A stretch of DNA of 64,000 nt from Amoebidium appalachense (GCA_963693365.1 CAVNZM010000001.1:12116161-12180160); one strand, 5' to 3'. Positions 14,133 through 33,304 are shown, counted from the first letter of the stretch. Program-made: numbers and translations. Notes: generated by a model not told the origin, from the sequence alone.

Positions 14133-15249
14133 GAAAAAAAAAAAAAAGTGAAAAGAACGAAGAAAAAGGAAAAAGAAGAGAAAGAAGTAAAACACACCTT
14201 TGTAGGAGATCAAGCATTCCTCCCCATCCTTAGGGTTGCGCCATCCTTCACCCTCCGTCACCTTCTTGCCCGTGACCCGGCCATCTCCGGAGATATCCTC
14301 CCCACTAGTCTGTAGATTTGGAGTGACCTATTAGATAACGTGGCTGTTGCAGACTCTTCTCTATCCTTGTATCACTTTTAAAGGTTCTTTGCATACTTCA
14401 CTCCCTCACCACTTGCTTGTCTCCGAACCACCATCTGTGTGCTGACAGGTCACACACAGGCTGGTGTCACTTCTTGTAGTTCCATTTAAGAGTTAAAACA
14501 GACGGATATGCGTGTGAAACTGGATCGTAAATGCCTATCAACTACATCAAGCTCTTCATAAAAAACACCACGTTGAACTTGAAAATAATAAAGACCATAC
14601 AATTCACACAGTGCAACATAAGTACCTACCCAGCTAATCAACTCCACATCGAAATTCAGGGTTGCATCGGCCGGGATCTTGGGTGGGGATCCACTTTTGC
14701 CGTATGCGTAGTCTGCCCTGCACTGCAGAATTGCATGCTCCCCCTTCTTCATGGTGGCCACACCCTTGTCCCAGCCCTTGATCACCTGGCCTGCACCCAA
14801 ACATGCTAATAAGTTGGCGCATATTTCGCAGCACATGGCAGTCGTAATAACTATGTGATTAACACCGATACACCAAGAACTAAAGAATATTATGGAACAC
14901 ATAACCTCCCCCCCCCCCCCCCCCCCCCCCAAACACACACACACCACCACCACCAAACCCATCGACCCCTCTATCTCCCTCCTTTTCACCCTTCCTCTCT
15001 CCTTTTTTCCAGGCTCCCAGCTCCCAGCCAACAAAAGGGCCAGGCCATGCACACATACTGGGGTCAAGGATTACAAAGTGACCACCAACAAGGGTAAGAA
15101 TGAGAAAAAGAGAGAGAAAGGGATGGGCACCCTCATACATCAAATAGGGTTCATGAAAGGGGGGAAAGGCTGTGCTGGAGGTGTTGGCGTTTTCACTTTT
15201 TGGTGGTGGTGGTGGTGGGGGGGGGGGGGGGGGGGGAGGGCGAGAAGTA

Positions 15250-15283
<34 letters not shown>

Positions 15284-15285
15284 CA

Positions 15286-15362
<77 letters not shown>

Positions 15363-15731
15363 AGAGAGAGAGAAGAGGGGGGGGGGGGGGAAGAGTGGGA
15401 GGGGGGAGGGAGGGAGGGAGGGAGGGAGGGAGGGAGGGAGAGAGAGAGAGGGAGAGAGGGGGGGGGGGGGGGGGGGGAGGGGGGGGGGAGAGAGAGAGAG
15501 AGAGATGAGGGAGAGAGAAAGGGGAAAGGAAGGGGCAAAACCAGCACAAACATAAATTTGTTCTCCCCCTCTATCTCTCTCCATCCATCTCTCACGCTAC
15601 CCCTCCCCGCCCCCCCCCCCCCCCCCTCCCCCTCCCCCCCATCTCCCCTCCTTGTAAACGTGTGTGAGTGGTGCATCCTTGACTCTGTAAGCGTGAGGAC
15701 ATCATGTATTTGCTGTGAGTGTGTGGCGGTG

Positions 15732-15807
<76 letters not shown>

Positions 15808-16324
15808 GATGTGCGCCAACACACCCTGGCCAATCTTAAAGGTGAAGGGCTGATTGCGTGCCCTGCTGCTATCAAACTCCGAGCCGTCAAGGAGGGTGCC
15901 GACATAGTGCACCGTCACGTTGTCCCCGCTCTGGGGCGTCTCATCGCCTGTGCCCTCCTTAAGGATGGTCTGGTGGGGAAGGGGAAAAAAGTCAGGCAGT
16001 GCAGGTTGTTCGAACTCACGATGCAACAGGGGTAAATGGAGAGGAAGGACAACAGTCAGTAAAGGCACATGTGGTGAGCAATGAAATCGACAGGGTTCGC
16101 GATTTCTGAAGACCAAATAAGGACGAATGAGTTGAGTATTGGAAGCTTGCAGAGATAAACATGAATTCACCACGTGCACAAACTCATAACAGTACCACTC
16201 TGCTCACAAGGAAGCCTGGGCAAAACATGATGCCTCAACTATTCTTGCCTAAAAAACCTCTACGTGTCATTTTGCATACCTTCATAAGACCCCCATCGCC
16301 GCAAATATCAATAGGAGTAGCCAT
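7504..16324 (-). CDS. Large immunophilin: three FKBP-type PPIase domains plus a C-terminal TPR region (FKBP62/ROF1- or FKBP4/5-like), 14 exons, 491 aa
   Basis: All exons join in phase at GT-AG sites: 16324-16280, 15969-15825, 14790-14630, 14309-14198, 13526-13415, 12609-12516, 11997-11899, 11394-11286, 10718-10524, 9875-9823, 9281-9171, 8678-8599, 8154-8115, 7623-7504. Motifs: [80 protein letters not shown]. Confidence 0.95.
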
Positions 16325-16377
16325 GTTCTTTTCAGTTGCAGGAGTATCGTTCACAGTTGCTTGGCACTTCGCCGAAG

Positions 16378-16425
16378 GTGAAAATACTGAAGTGTGCGAA
16401 AGTGAAAATACTGAAGTGTGCGAAG
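16378..16425. repeat. 24-bp tandem duplication in the 5' region of the FKBP gene
   Basis: gtgaaaatactgaagtgtgcgaa(a/g) occurs twice in tandem. Confidence 0.85.
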
Positions 16426-16608
16426 GAAAACGCTGTATTCGTTCCGGCGAAGGTTTTGGCGGGAATTTTATAGAAATGGAACTGGATTTAGCGCATGATG
16501 ATGTTTAGCCAATGATTGTTATTTTAAAAAAGCTGAAACTATAAAGCGGCAAAAACGTATTTTGATTGCTTGGTTTAGGCAAGTTTAGCGAGTGTTGGTT
16601 TATGCACG

Positions 16609-16623
16609 TGAACTTTCCTGAAA
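16609..16623. promoter_or_regulatory. Heat-shock element (nGAAnnTTCnnGAAn)
   Basis: tGAActTTCctGAAa is a perfect three-unit HSF site about 290 bp upstream of the ATG of an Hsp90 co-chaperone gene. Confidence 0.6.
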
Positions 16624-18851
16624 ATGTGATATTGCTGTTACATGATCGGCCTTCCATGGCCATGCAAAAAAAAACCCTGATCTTTCTTTTGGAAAATTGC
16701 CCGGGACCCAAAAAAAAAAAAAAAAAAAAGACAAAATGATCAGCGGACGCATGAGGATCGATGGACATCTATCTTCTGTGACAGTAGACACGGAGTCTAG
16801 CCATGCTGTGGGTTCACCATATGGTTGATGATTGCCAACCATTCCAGTAACGCACCAGCGATTAGCAATTATGTTCGGTCATGAAAAAAACAGTCTAGCT
16901 TAATAAGCACAAAAGTGCCATGAAAAAAAGACATCACAACATAATATAGTGGTTCCGGAAAAGCAGGCATGGAGCTTCTTTTTTTTTTTTTTTTTTTTTT
17001 GGGGGGGGGGGGGGGGGATTACAGTGTACAAGCCTGAGTGTCAACTCTGCGTAATCACCCCCACTGCCTTTTCTCCATTATCATAAGCCTTTTGTTACGG
17101 GCACATGTACGCAATATTGTTGGATAAACAAAAGCCATCATTTAACAGAGCACAGCTCGGCAGTATATTACTCATTTGTTTTCTTCATTCACGGACCAGC
17201 CGTTGTTACAAAACCCTTCGTTTACTTTATCTCCACCACATAAGTACTAGTGTATGTACACACACATGGAAGAAGAAGAACTTACACCAAGGCTGATCGG
17301 AAGGCAACACAAGTACTTCTCCCGAAGCCAAAACGGTGCAAGGGGCGGCAACTGACGCCATCACACCAACGTATCTTGGTTTTCAGAAAACATACCATTA
17401 GTACTAGTTAGGTCAATTATTTCTAACCGCAGCTGTGGTGCTCCCTACAGGCAGAGAGACAGACATCAGAAAACACCTGCAGGAGGGTGTGGTTAGAAGG
17501 AGAGTGTGAGCGGACGTCTAAATAAGGAAAGAGTGGGGCCCGGTGGCAGGGAGATGCTGGCTTCAACTGTGGGGAAGGGGGCGCGGGGGCCGAGGGGGGG
17601 GGGGGGGGGGGGGGGGGGGAGGGGGAAGGGAGAGGGGAGGGGGGGGGGGGTAAGATTTACAGAAGACACTGCTATGTACTCACGAAGTGATGATTGGAAC
17701 AACCGCGGGGAGGGAGGGTTGGAAACACATACACACACGCAAAATACAGACACGTGATGCACTCACTAACTGACGATTGGAACAATCGTGGGGGAGGGAG
17801 GGGGGGGGGGGGGGGGGGGGGGAGTTACACACAACACAGACACGTTGTGCAAGGGGGATATGGGGGGGGGGGGGGGGGGGGGGGGTTGCAGGCCAAAGTG
17901 TCGTCCAGGCCAAAGTGTTGTCATCTCTAATTAAAATATAATATATTTAATTTGACTGGTCTAGGGGGATATCGGGCAGGCCAAAATGCACCCCCCCCCC
18001 CCTCCCCCCCCCCCCCCCCCCCTCCCCCCCCCCCTACTACCCTGGGTTACAGGGGGGGTCAGAGGGTTTGTATGACGTGGTGGTAGAAACTGTGTGTGCG
18101 TAATAAACAATCATTGTCGTGACCTTAGCTTATGACATGTGTTGGGAAAAAGATCATGTCTACTGTTACCAGTTTTTTATCATCTTGGTGCAAATGATGT
18201 ATTCGGGGGGGGGGACCAGAGGGGGGGGGGGGGGGGGGGGAGGGGGGGGGGGGGGGGGGGGGGGGTTTGTGGTATAATCATTATAGTGTCCTGAATTTGT
18301 AGCTTTGTGTGTTGGTCGAAAAGAAATCATGGCCACTGACAGCAGGATTTTACCAACTCGTTGCAAATGGTGTAGTATCATGTGGTTTGTATGTATTTAT
18401 CGCCGCCATTGGATTTACCTTACAGAAGCCATAATACTCATTATAATATAGTCGTAATCATCTTGTATTCTTAATCATTCTTACATCACAATGTTAAAAC
18501 GGGTTCACATAGACTAAGTACCGCTCACATGGAATAAAAACCCCCTGCCGGCGGACAGCATATATATTTTGTATGCCTTAGTTGTCACTACGTTAAAGAA
18601 CCATACACAGCAGCCAATTCAATGTTATATTCGTAAATATCTTCTGTGCATAATTTTCAATCTTGATCTTATACATATACACCTACATGAAATAAATCCA
18701 GACAGCATGCAACCAGCACATTCATGGTGTATTAAAATACGAGCAGGCATTCTGTCCTTCATTCCAGTTCAAACGATAATGGCATGTTGGCAGCAAAAAA
18801 CAAAAACAAAAAAGCCCCCCCCCCAAAAAACTCCGATATCCACAAGGTCGT

Positions 18852-19976
18852 CTACACTACATCCACAGTTGACTTAGCATACGTCAGTTTGCGGGAGCCC
18901 ACACCTACCAGTGGTTCCTGGGCGGGCACATACACCATGAAGTTGAGATGCACATCCTTAATGCGTGCCCAGTTCAAAAAAAAACATAATGGGCACCAGC
19001 CTTCGCACTCGCCACCTTCCCGAGACATTTGGACAGAGACATTGGTAATTCCCGTGTTGCTCTCCCATAGCTCAGTGTCTGGTTTTTCAGTGGTCATACC
19101 GAAACCGTCGCAGTGGAGATGATATGGCCTCCCGTTTTTCCATGTGAATGCGGGTGCCACTGGTTGCAGGCAAGACTTCGACACGCATGTGAAATTTGCG
19201 TGTGACACAAGTGCAACTGACATGTACATGTGTGTGTGTGCGATATTAGACTAAGTGAATGTGCGTAAGGGTGTGTGTGTGTGCACGTGTGTGCGAGTGT
19301 GTGTGACTGTGTGTTTCCTTGTATGTAGCGGGATTGCCTGGCTTGTAGATGTATTCTTCGATATATTTTTGTGCGTGCGTGTGTTCATTTTTAGTTCTGT
19401 TTGGCGCGAGGGGCCCTGAGGGGGGGGGGGGGGGGGGGGGGGAGGGGGGGGGGATGGGGAGGGGGGGGGGGGGGGGATCTCCGGAGTGGGGAGAGGGGAG
19501 GAGAGAAGCCCGGGGGGGAGATGTTATGTGACTGTGCGAAAGTGGTTAGGCTCCAAGAAGGGGCAGGCAGCTGAGCGGGGTGCAGGGACTCGAACCCGCG
19601 CGCACCGAGACGCTTGGTGAGGCGCCTTGACCGCTCAGCCACCCCGGATCTCCGTTCTGAGGTGGATATGTTATGACTCCTATTTGAGCTTTCGCCTCGC
19701 TCCTGATTGGTCCTTGGTGATGAATATTAGCCTTATAGAGCTATTTGGGTGTAAGCCCATTCGCTGTTATGACATGGACGGCCAGGCTGGGTGAAGCCAC
19801 AGATCAGGACAGGTCAGGATGAGGGCCGGGGGCCGGGGGGGGGGGGGGGGGGAGGGGGGGAGGGGGGGCCGGCTCAGGCTGGGGGGAGGGGGGCTGTTTA
19901 CATGCATGATATCGATACCTGCAATAATTCCGTGTTCGGTCTGGAGTTCGTGGGTTGCCCCGTTCAAGTACGTCAT
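18852..19976 (-). CDS. Putative 2-exon hypothetical protein, about 140 aa, no recognised domain
   Basis: Exon 19976-19919 (MTYLNGATHELQTEHGIIA, donor G|gtatcg) joins in phase to 19216-18852 (acceptor gtcag; VALVSHANFTCVSK...STVDVV*). Complex, non-repetitive sequence. Confidence 0.45.
19576..19646 (-). pseudogene. tRNA-derived sequence (tRNA-Leu-like pseudogene or SINE head) in an intron
   Basis: CGGGGTGGCTGAGCGGTCAAGGCGCC...GCGGGTTCGAGTCCCTGCACCCCG has an A box, B box, D-arm, T-arm and a partial acceptor stem, but no proper anticodon arm. Confidence 0.65.
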
Positions 19977-20084
19977 AGTGAGGTCAGCGTGATGTAACGT
20001 GCTATTTTTAGATCGACGTCTGCTCATTGGGTGAACCCCCAATTTTGGTTATCCAATCAGAACGACAGAAGGCTTGAGAATCCT

Positions 20085-20776
20085 CAATGCATTAAAAACC
20101 CCCTTCCGGTCCGGCCCGGTCTGTTCTAACCCTCTTGGACTGCGGTTTTGTCCGGTTCGGTTTGAACATTAGAGATTGCGCCGAATCACATGGCCATGGG
20201 GCAGTCATAGTATCAGGGATATGATATGCAAAACACGTGAACATGTCGAAAATGGCTAATATCAATAAATCGACTTGGAAGAAAACATGAAATTGCGTGT
20301 GTATGTTGTGTATGCGTGCGTTAACGCTGTGTGTGTGTGTTTGTGTGTGCGCAGATATTCACACACAGGCGTATATGCATGTATATAGCTATATATAAAT
20401 GCATTCAATTGTCCTGTATATATCTAAAATCCTTTGATAATATGGGTGATATAGTACGTATACATTGTAGTTATGTCCATTCTCTCTGAGTGTTTGTGCA
20501 AATAATGCGTGATAGGATGGTGTGTGTATCATAACATATGGTCACGCCGACGAAAATTGCTTTGTACTTGCATCTTGTAGGTTGTCAACCTCTAGTTTTA
20601 CTACACAAGACCGTCTGAGACGGCTAACGCCACTCGAGATATAAGAGAGATACATATTCATGTATACATATCCGAAGGCTGGGTCAGGACCGGTCCGACA
20701 AGGGCCGTGACGGTTCGGTCCGGTGTGGCCTCTTGGACCGTGGTCCAACGGTCCGGACCGAACCGCTTATGCATTG
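20085..20776. mobile_element. Non-autonomous hAT-like DNA transposon (MITE), 692 bp
   Basis: TIRs CAATGCAT(T/A)A at both ends. 8-bp TSD agaatcct (20077-20084) / agaatact (20777-20784). Subterminal CGGTCCGG/CGGTTCGG/ACCG motifs cluster at both ends. No transposase ORF. Confidence 0.7.
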
Positions 20777-21365
20777 AGAATACTGCCAACCGGGTTGGGG
20801 CTGCAGGTCCGACCGGCGAGTGCGACTGGGCCGGATTCGAGTCTTCTCCTGTCAGGTGCCTGTACCGTCTAAGAAGTAAACGGGCTATTGGATAATATGT
20901 AAAGCAGGAAAAAATTTTGTTCAAAGTAAAACCAAAAATCAGGCCACATAAAAGTAGTATCTCGCGAGTGGGGACTGCCCAAGTTGCCCAACGTCTCGAC
21001 TTTCAAATTTAAACAACAGGGGCCTTGCAGCGACGTAGGGTCACTCTGCCATCTCATGAACCATGGAGTAAAACGATAAAACAATAACCAATAATAATAT
21101 CAAGGTGTTTCCAAGATTTTCAAGCATCAAACCGACCTAAAACGAAAACGAAAGGGGAACTGCTTGTACTGTAGTGGGCAGCCCGCGGGCAGCCCCCCAC
21201 GCAACTACATTCTTTCGTGACTACATTCTTTCGTGCAACTTTTATCCAATTACAATTTGTTCGTCTGCGCGTTTTGATTGGTAGAAGTGATCTTCTCGCA
21301 ACTATATATTCAGCTCAAAATCGTTTCAAACCACATCAGTCACTCCAGTTCATCTCAACAGCAAC

Positions 21366-22298
21366 ATGAAGATGCTTTCAACCATCGCTCTCTTCACCAC
21401 CCTCGTGTGGTGCGCGGCAGCCGCTCCCATGGGTCATCCTCCTTATTCAGGAGCCAATACGGACGTTTCAAACACGGACATACCCGGTAGCGGCGGCCCA
21501 GGCGCCGGCCGCGAAGGGCCATCCGGGAGGATGGGTGGAGCCGGTGGGCCTGAAATGGGTGGGCCTATGGGCATGCATCCTCACCTCAACATCAGCAGCG
21601 AGTGCCTTGCCGCCATCAACACAACATGCAGCGCATGCCCCGCACCTCCCACAGGCGGTCCCATGCAGCCACCCTCTGGGGACGGTCCGCGCCGCGGTGG
21701 CCGCGGACACGGGCCTGCACCTTTCAACAACACACAGATGAACACGTGTTTTGAGTGCATGCAGACACACAGCGATGACCTCATTTCTGCCGGCTGCGAC
21801 CACCTCAAGTGCCCTGCCGCCATTGCGGCTACCTGCCCGGACTGCCCACTCCCAGGTGCAAACGACAGCTGCCGTGCTGTCTGTGAGGAAAACCGCAACA
21901 GCACGGAATGCAGGGAGTGCCGCGACAAGTGCCGTAAATGCATCGACGAGAACACAGATGACCTCATTGCTGCCGGCTGCAAGGAGCTTGCTTGCGCAAG
22001 AATCATCAACACCACATGCCCTGACTGTGTCCCCGAGGATAAATGCCGTGCTGCGTATGATTTGGATCGCAACAGTGGCGAGTGCACACAGTGCCACACC
22101 AAGCGCACAGCATGTGGATCGTGTCTGACTGAAAACAATTCCACTCTGGCTGGTGCAGGGTGCCCCCGGCCCCACGACCCCAAGGGGAGTGACTTCGACA
22201 TGGGTGGTGATATGGGAAAGGGCGGTAAGGGTGATATGGGTGGTAAGGCCGGTGGTATGGGTGCTCCCATGCAGGGTGAAAATGCACAATCGCAGTAA
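21366..22298 (+). CDS. Intronless secreted cysteine-rich repeat protein, 310 aa, with Gly/Met/Pro-rich ends
   Basis: Single clean ORF with signal peptide MKMLSTIALFTTLVWCAAA. Three repeats of CxxxIxxTCxxC...CxxCxxxxxxxLxxAGC and several N-glycosylation sequons. TATA-like ctatatat near 21302. Confidence 0.9.
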   Translation: MKMLSTIALFTTLVWCAAAAPMGHPPYSGANTDVSNTDIPGSGGPGAGREGPSGRMGGAGGPEMGGPMGMHPHLNISSECLAAINTTCSACPAPPTGGPMQPPSGDGPRRGGRGHGPAPFNNTQMNTCFECMQTHSDDLISAGCDHLKCPAAIAATCPDCPLPGANDSCRAVCEENRNSTECRECRDKCRKCIDENTDDLIAAGCKELACARIINTTCPDCVPEDKCRAAYDLDRNSGECTQCHTKRTACGSCLTENNSTLAGAGCPRPHDPKGSDFDMGGDMGKGGKGDMGGKAGGMGAPMQGENAQSQ

Positions 22299-22728
22299 AT
22301 GTTTGGGTTTACGCTGTTTACTCGAGGCAAAGAGAGACCAGTCTCAGGTATGGGGGGTTTTTGCCCGGAATATCCCCTCAGCAGTATATCAAACCCTAAA
22401 CCCTAAATGTTGGTATCAGCTAGGTACTGTAGCTAGCTTAAAGCTCGGTGGATTGTTTACTGAATATCTTTGCCAAAATTTAAATTAGGTTAATGCACTT
22501 GATTGGTCTACGTAGGTGCTGAGCGCCTAAGTATGCCACGGACATTCAGTGTTCGTTAGTGTTGTTTCTTTAACTTTGCCCCCAATATCTTCTGAGTTAA
22601 GTGTACAACAGAACCGAGCAGGCTGGCACTGTTACGGAAAGAGAATATGAAAAAACACTGAGTAAAAAATAAAAAACCCTTAAACATAAATAAACAATTA
22701 CTTGAGAGAGAGAGAGACAGAGAGAGAG

Positions 22729-22799
<71 letters not shown>

Positions 22800-22804
22800 A
22801 GGGA

Positions 22805-22843
<39 letters not shown>

Positions 22844-23721
22844 TGTGTGTGTGTGTGTGTGTCTGCATGCGCTTGTATGAACGTGTGTGCGTGGTGTGCA
22901 TGTCTGCTGTGTGTTTGTTTCATTTTGTTTGTTTGTTTGTTTTGTTTGTGTGCATATGCCGGTGTGTGTGTGTGTGGTTATGGGGGGGGGGGGGGGGGGG
23001 GGGGGGGGAGGATCATTGAAAAAAAATACAAGCAACACTTATGTATTGTGCAATTTTTGTCTCGCGTTTTTGCAAACGGTATGCATGCCCAATTTCATGA
23101 CCACGGTGCTTCTAACTTCAATCAGGCGTGGCTACATTCTGGCCAACACACACTGTGCTATCGCAAAGCAACACAGGATCTCGCTGTGCACGGCCGCTAT
23201 CGCAATGCCATCCCCCCCCCCCCCCCCCCCCTCCCCTCCCCGGGACCCCCCCCCCCCCCCCCCCCCACCCCCACCCCGGTCAAAAAAAAAAAAAAAAAAA
23301 AAAAACTTTGAAGAAACACCACGTCCAATATATACCTCCACCTGCCCCACCCTAGCATGGGGGGGGGGGGGGGGGGGGGGAGGGAGGATCGTAAAGATTA
23401 GAGAATGAAACTCACGGCCGAAAAACCGTGTGATTCTAGACCCAACCCTCAATATACCTGTTATTGTTAAAGTGAGTGGCCCGTGTGCCTGCTTATGTGC
23501 ACTATTAACCACCGCCTTACATACCACACTCATGTCACCCCTCCCACGTACTCTATCTGCCACCACAAATATTAGAATTCCCATATCTAGCAACATTTTA
23601 GTCAAACCGATGAGAGTCCGTGTTTAGATATATACCATTGAATATCGGACTCTAATCGCGCTTTGTGTCTTGGAAGGGTGTGTGTGAGTGTGGGTGTGCA
23701 GAACCCCTGAGGGTTTACCGT

Positions 23722-23878
23722 GCAAGTTGCATATATTTGCATCATGATGTTTGCATATACTTGCATAGACTATGCGGCATATATTTGCATATATTTGCAT
23801 AAACTATGCGGAGTATTTGCATACATTTGCATACATTTGCATGTATTTTCATATATTTGCATGTATTTACAACTTGCG
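23722..23878. repeat. Degenerate (TTTGCATAT/AC)-type short tandem array bounded by a gcaagttg/caacttgc inverted pair
   Basis: About ten copies of ttgcat-containing units; 8-bp inverted ends. Confidence 0.7.
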
Positions 23879-24317
23879 GGTCCCCCTCTTTGTGAAGTGC
23901 TTTAGTTAGGATAGCTAATCCAATACATTCATAGATATGCACAGCGGTGGTGGGCCGCGGGCCGATGGAGGGGGGGAGGGGGTAGGGGGGAGGGGGAAGA
24001 GGGGAGGGTGGGAGCGAGAGAGGGGGGAAGGGAGAGAGGGAGGGGGGGGGGGGGGAGGGAAGGGTGGGGAGGAGAGAGGGGGGGAACTTCAGGGGGGGCT
24101 TCAAGGGAGGGGAGTTTGGAAGGAGGGAGCTTAACTTGATAAGGTGCCGGTGGCCTAGTTGCTAATGAGGCAGTTGAAAGTAATGCTGTGTGCGTGCGTG
24201 CGTGCTGCGCGAGCGAGTGTGTGTGCATGTCAGTGTGTGTGTATGTGCGCGCGCATCCGCGCGCGTGCGTAATGTGTTTCATTTTGGGGCCAGGGAAGGG
24301 TTGGTTTTTTTTTTTTT

Positions 24318-24362
<45 letters not shown>

Positions 24363-24554
24363 TAATAGGGTCAAGGGAAGATTCTTGACAATGCACATTG
24401 CCGAGATTTCCCTATGATGTCGTAGTGGGAATTCACTGTGTGTTTTCAGTGTGTTCATAGTCCCCGCCATATTCTCTGTTGTCAATATGGCACACCGTTG
24501 TTTCATACGACGGAACCTCACTCGCACCTGATTGGACAAAACACGATCCGATAA

Positions 24555-24589
<35 letters not shown>

Positions 24590-25003
24590 ACGGTTCGATC
24601 CCCAAGCGATATACTTAGGGCCGTTAGGCCCCTATTGCCGGGGGACGGGGGGAGGGGGGAGGGGGGGTAGTCCCCCCATCTGGGGCTCAGACACGCATAG
24701 GGCTTTTGTTTTGAGTTTATGTTTTTTTTTTTTTTGTAAAAAATAAACAGGTATTGTGGTTTTTAGCAGCCGTGCCATGATGTGAGGGGCCTCCTTATAC
24801 CTAGGGGCCTCAGTCGTACGGACATATCGTGAGGCTCAATATTGCATTCAATGAAAAACATGGAAAACGAATACTGGTTTTTGAACAACAATATTAATAT
24901 GACGTAGAAGAAGTGTGAACGACTTGACAAACCGTTCAAGTGGTTAACTAAATCACACGCCAATTATGGGCAGGTATCTTGCTCAAGGGTGAAAATGGGA
25001 AAG

Positions 25004-25067
<64 letters not shown>

Positions 25068-25388
25068 CCCCTTCTGCTACGAAAAACAGAAAAGAAAAAA
25101 GGAAAAGAGAAAACAGGAAAAGAATAGAAGCCGGGTGATTGGGGAAAATTCATACCGTGAAAAGTGAAGAAGAAAGAAAGCAACGGAATTAAAGAACAAA
25201 AGAACAAAAATGACCCCTCTAGCAACGATGCGATTATGCAATAAATCATTCGTTTTCTCCTGCCGTGTGATGCATACTGTGGAAAACCAACTAAGTAACA
25301 AACTATTAGAAACAGATTACAAAATCTCAGTTCAACCATATCAAATCCCCTTTCTATTCTATCCTGGGGAGCGATACTAACACTTGAA

Positions 25389-31149
<5,761 letters not shown>

Positions 31150-31158
31150 CTGGTGTGT

Positions 31159-31217
<59 letters not shown>

Positions 31218-31895
31218 CGTGCATGTGTGTGTGCTGCAGCGTGTGTGTTTAGGTAACCGGAAAAGGAGGGTGGGTAGGTGGTAAGAAGACGGGCAAGCGG
31301 GAGGGGGAGGGGGAGGGGGAGAGAGGACAAGGGAGGAGGATGAGGGAGGGTGTTGGGTTGGTGGTGCTGAAAGGAAAAAGTTGAAATCAGGAGGGGGGGG
31401 GGGGGGGGGGGAGGGGGGGGGAGGGGGGAGGGAATCCGGGATGATTTAACAAGAAGGGTTTCCAGGTGAGTAATTTCTAACCCAAGGTATTGCTTGTAGG
31501 TATGTGAGGGGATCTTAGCCTCTCATCTCCCTCAACAAGGCGTCTTTTCTGGTTAACGTTTGTTCTGTTATTATTACAGTATTGGCTTTTGAATGCTTAT
31601 ATCTTTCTCGTGCGTATTCACAAGCTCGTATGAGCTCACGAGCACATTATGATGTTAATAGATAGAGTGTGTGTGTGGTCTAACATACCGCAAGTGCGTG
31701 CCAGTGTATGTACATAAGTGTGTTCAATTCAGCCGTATACATCTAGTGCCTTCTCGCTACGGCCTTTGCAAATGTTTAACGGTGAGAGATTTCTGAATGG
31801 TACCCACTAAAAACATGCATATATGCCACGTGTGTACGTGCCTGATTGAGCACGTGAGCGATGCAGGGGCCTCGCGGAGAGATAACATGTGTGTA

Positions 31896-31981
<86 letters not shown>

Positions 31982-32400
31982 TGTGTGTTTCAGTGCGTAT
32001 ACACATCCACACATTTGTGGGTGTGCATGCGGGTGTGCACACGAACCTAGCGTGTGTGCATGAGTGTTTTTGGGCGCACATACGGGGTATGTGTATAAAT
32101 GGTGTGTATACGTATGCGTGTGTGCGTGTGTGTGTGTATAACATTTGTGCGTGTGTGTTTGTAGGTATGTGCTCGTCCAAGTGTACGGAGCTCGAGGGGT
32201 CAGATGTGTGAAATTGTGCGCGCGTGTGTGCGCGTGCACATGTGTATGAGCTTGTGCAAGTTACTGGGAATGTTGTGGTTGTGCCCTTTCACGGTATGCG
32301 TGTGTATTTGCCAAGTTACTAATATAATACTATACGGTGTGTGGTGCGTGGGTGTGTCGCGGAACAGCTGTGCAAGCTGGTGAGGAAGGGCAACACGGCA

Positions 32401-32436
<36 letters not shown>

Positions 32437-33229
32437 AGGGTGAGGTTGCTTCACGTGCTGGAACGTATGTGATGTAGTTGTTGTATAGAAAGAAAACAAA
32501 ACGGTATGCTTCGGCTGTCTAGTTTCCGCTAATTGATCCAGATGATGTCGATTCAACATGTCACTCATACTAGGTCCCTGCAAATGCGGTCGAGCCAAGG
32601 AGCCAGCCATACACAAGGTTTGTCCCTGTTATTTTATAGGTTGAATGCACTGCAGATGTGTTTTTTTGTCAAGGTTTTGTTCTTGTGCGCCCCGCTGCCA
32701 TGTGTGGTTACAGTACCGCATTGTTTGTATTAATCAAGCTTCTGGCAACACGGTGTGCCGCGGTGTGTGTGTGTGTGTGTGTGTGTACACCTGTGTGTGC
32801 GCGTGTGTATGTGGTTCTGTGTGTGTGTTTCTGTGTGTGCGTGTGTGTGTGTGTATGCGCGCGCACGCGTGTCTTTTGAGAAAGGGGTGAGGGGAGAGGA
32901 GGGGTTGAGCCCCCTGCAGAGCCTGGGGGACGCGAGGGAGGGAGGGCGCCCCGGGGAGGCTGGGGTGTGTGTGTGGGGGTTAAGTACTCGAGACAAAAAG
33001 CAACGATATCATTAATTCTTGGCATAATAATAAAGCCACCGTCAAGTGCAATCATAACACAATAATCATCGGTATGTACATGTATATGGGATATATTTGG
33101 AAAAAAAGAACTCCACCAAACTGGCCCTAGTAAATACGTAAGGTCCAAATACATATGCGGTTTTAATTTTCAGCTAATCATAATGATTTGGAATTAAAGA
33201 TAATAAACGTTGAAGGTGGCGTCATGAGA

Positions 33230-33304
<75 letters not shown>

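Noticed and set aside
19576-19646. Functional tRNA gene
   Set aside because: No anticodon stem-loop and an incomplete acceptor stem; kept only as a pseudogene or SINE head.
21468-22330. Two long antisense ORFs over the Cys-rich gene
   Set aside because: Shadows of a GC-rich coding strand. The plus frame has the signal peptide and repeat structure.
22391-22408. Telomere-like aaaccctaaaccctaaa (also ctaaccctaaccc at about 57235)
   Set aside because: Only two units each; too short to call an interstitial telomere.
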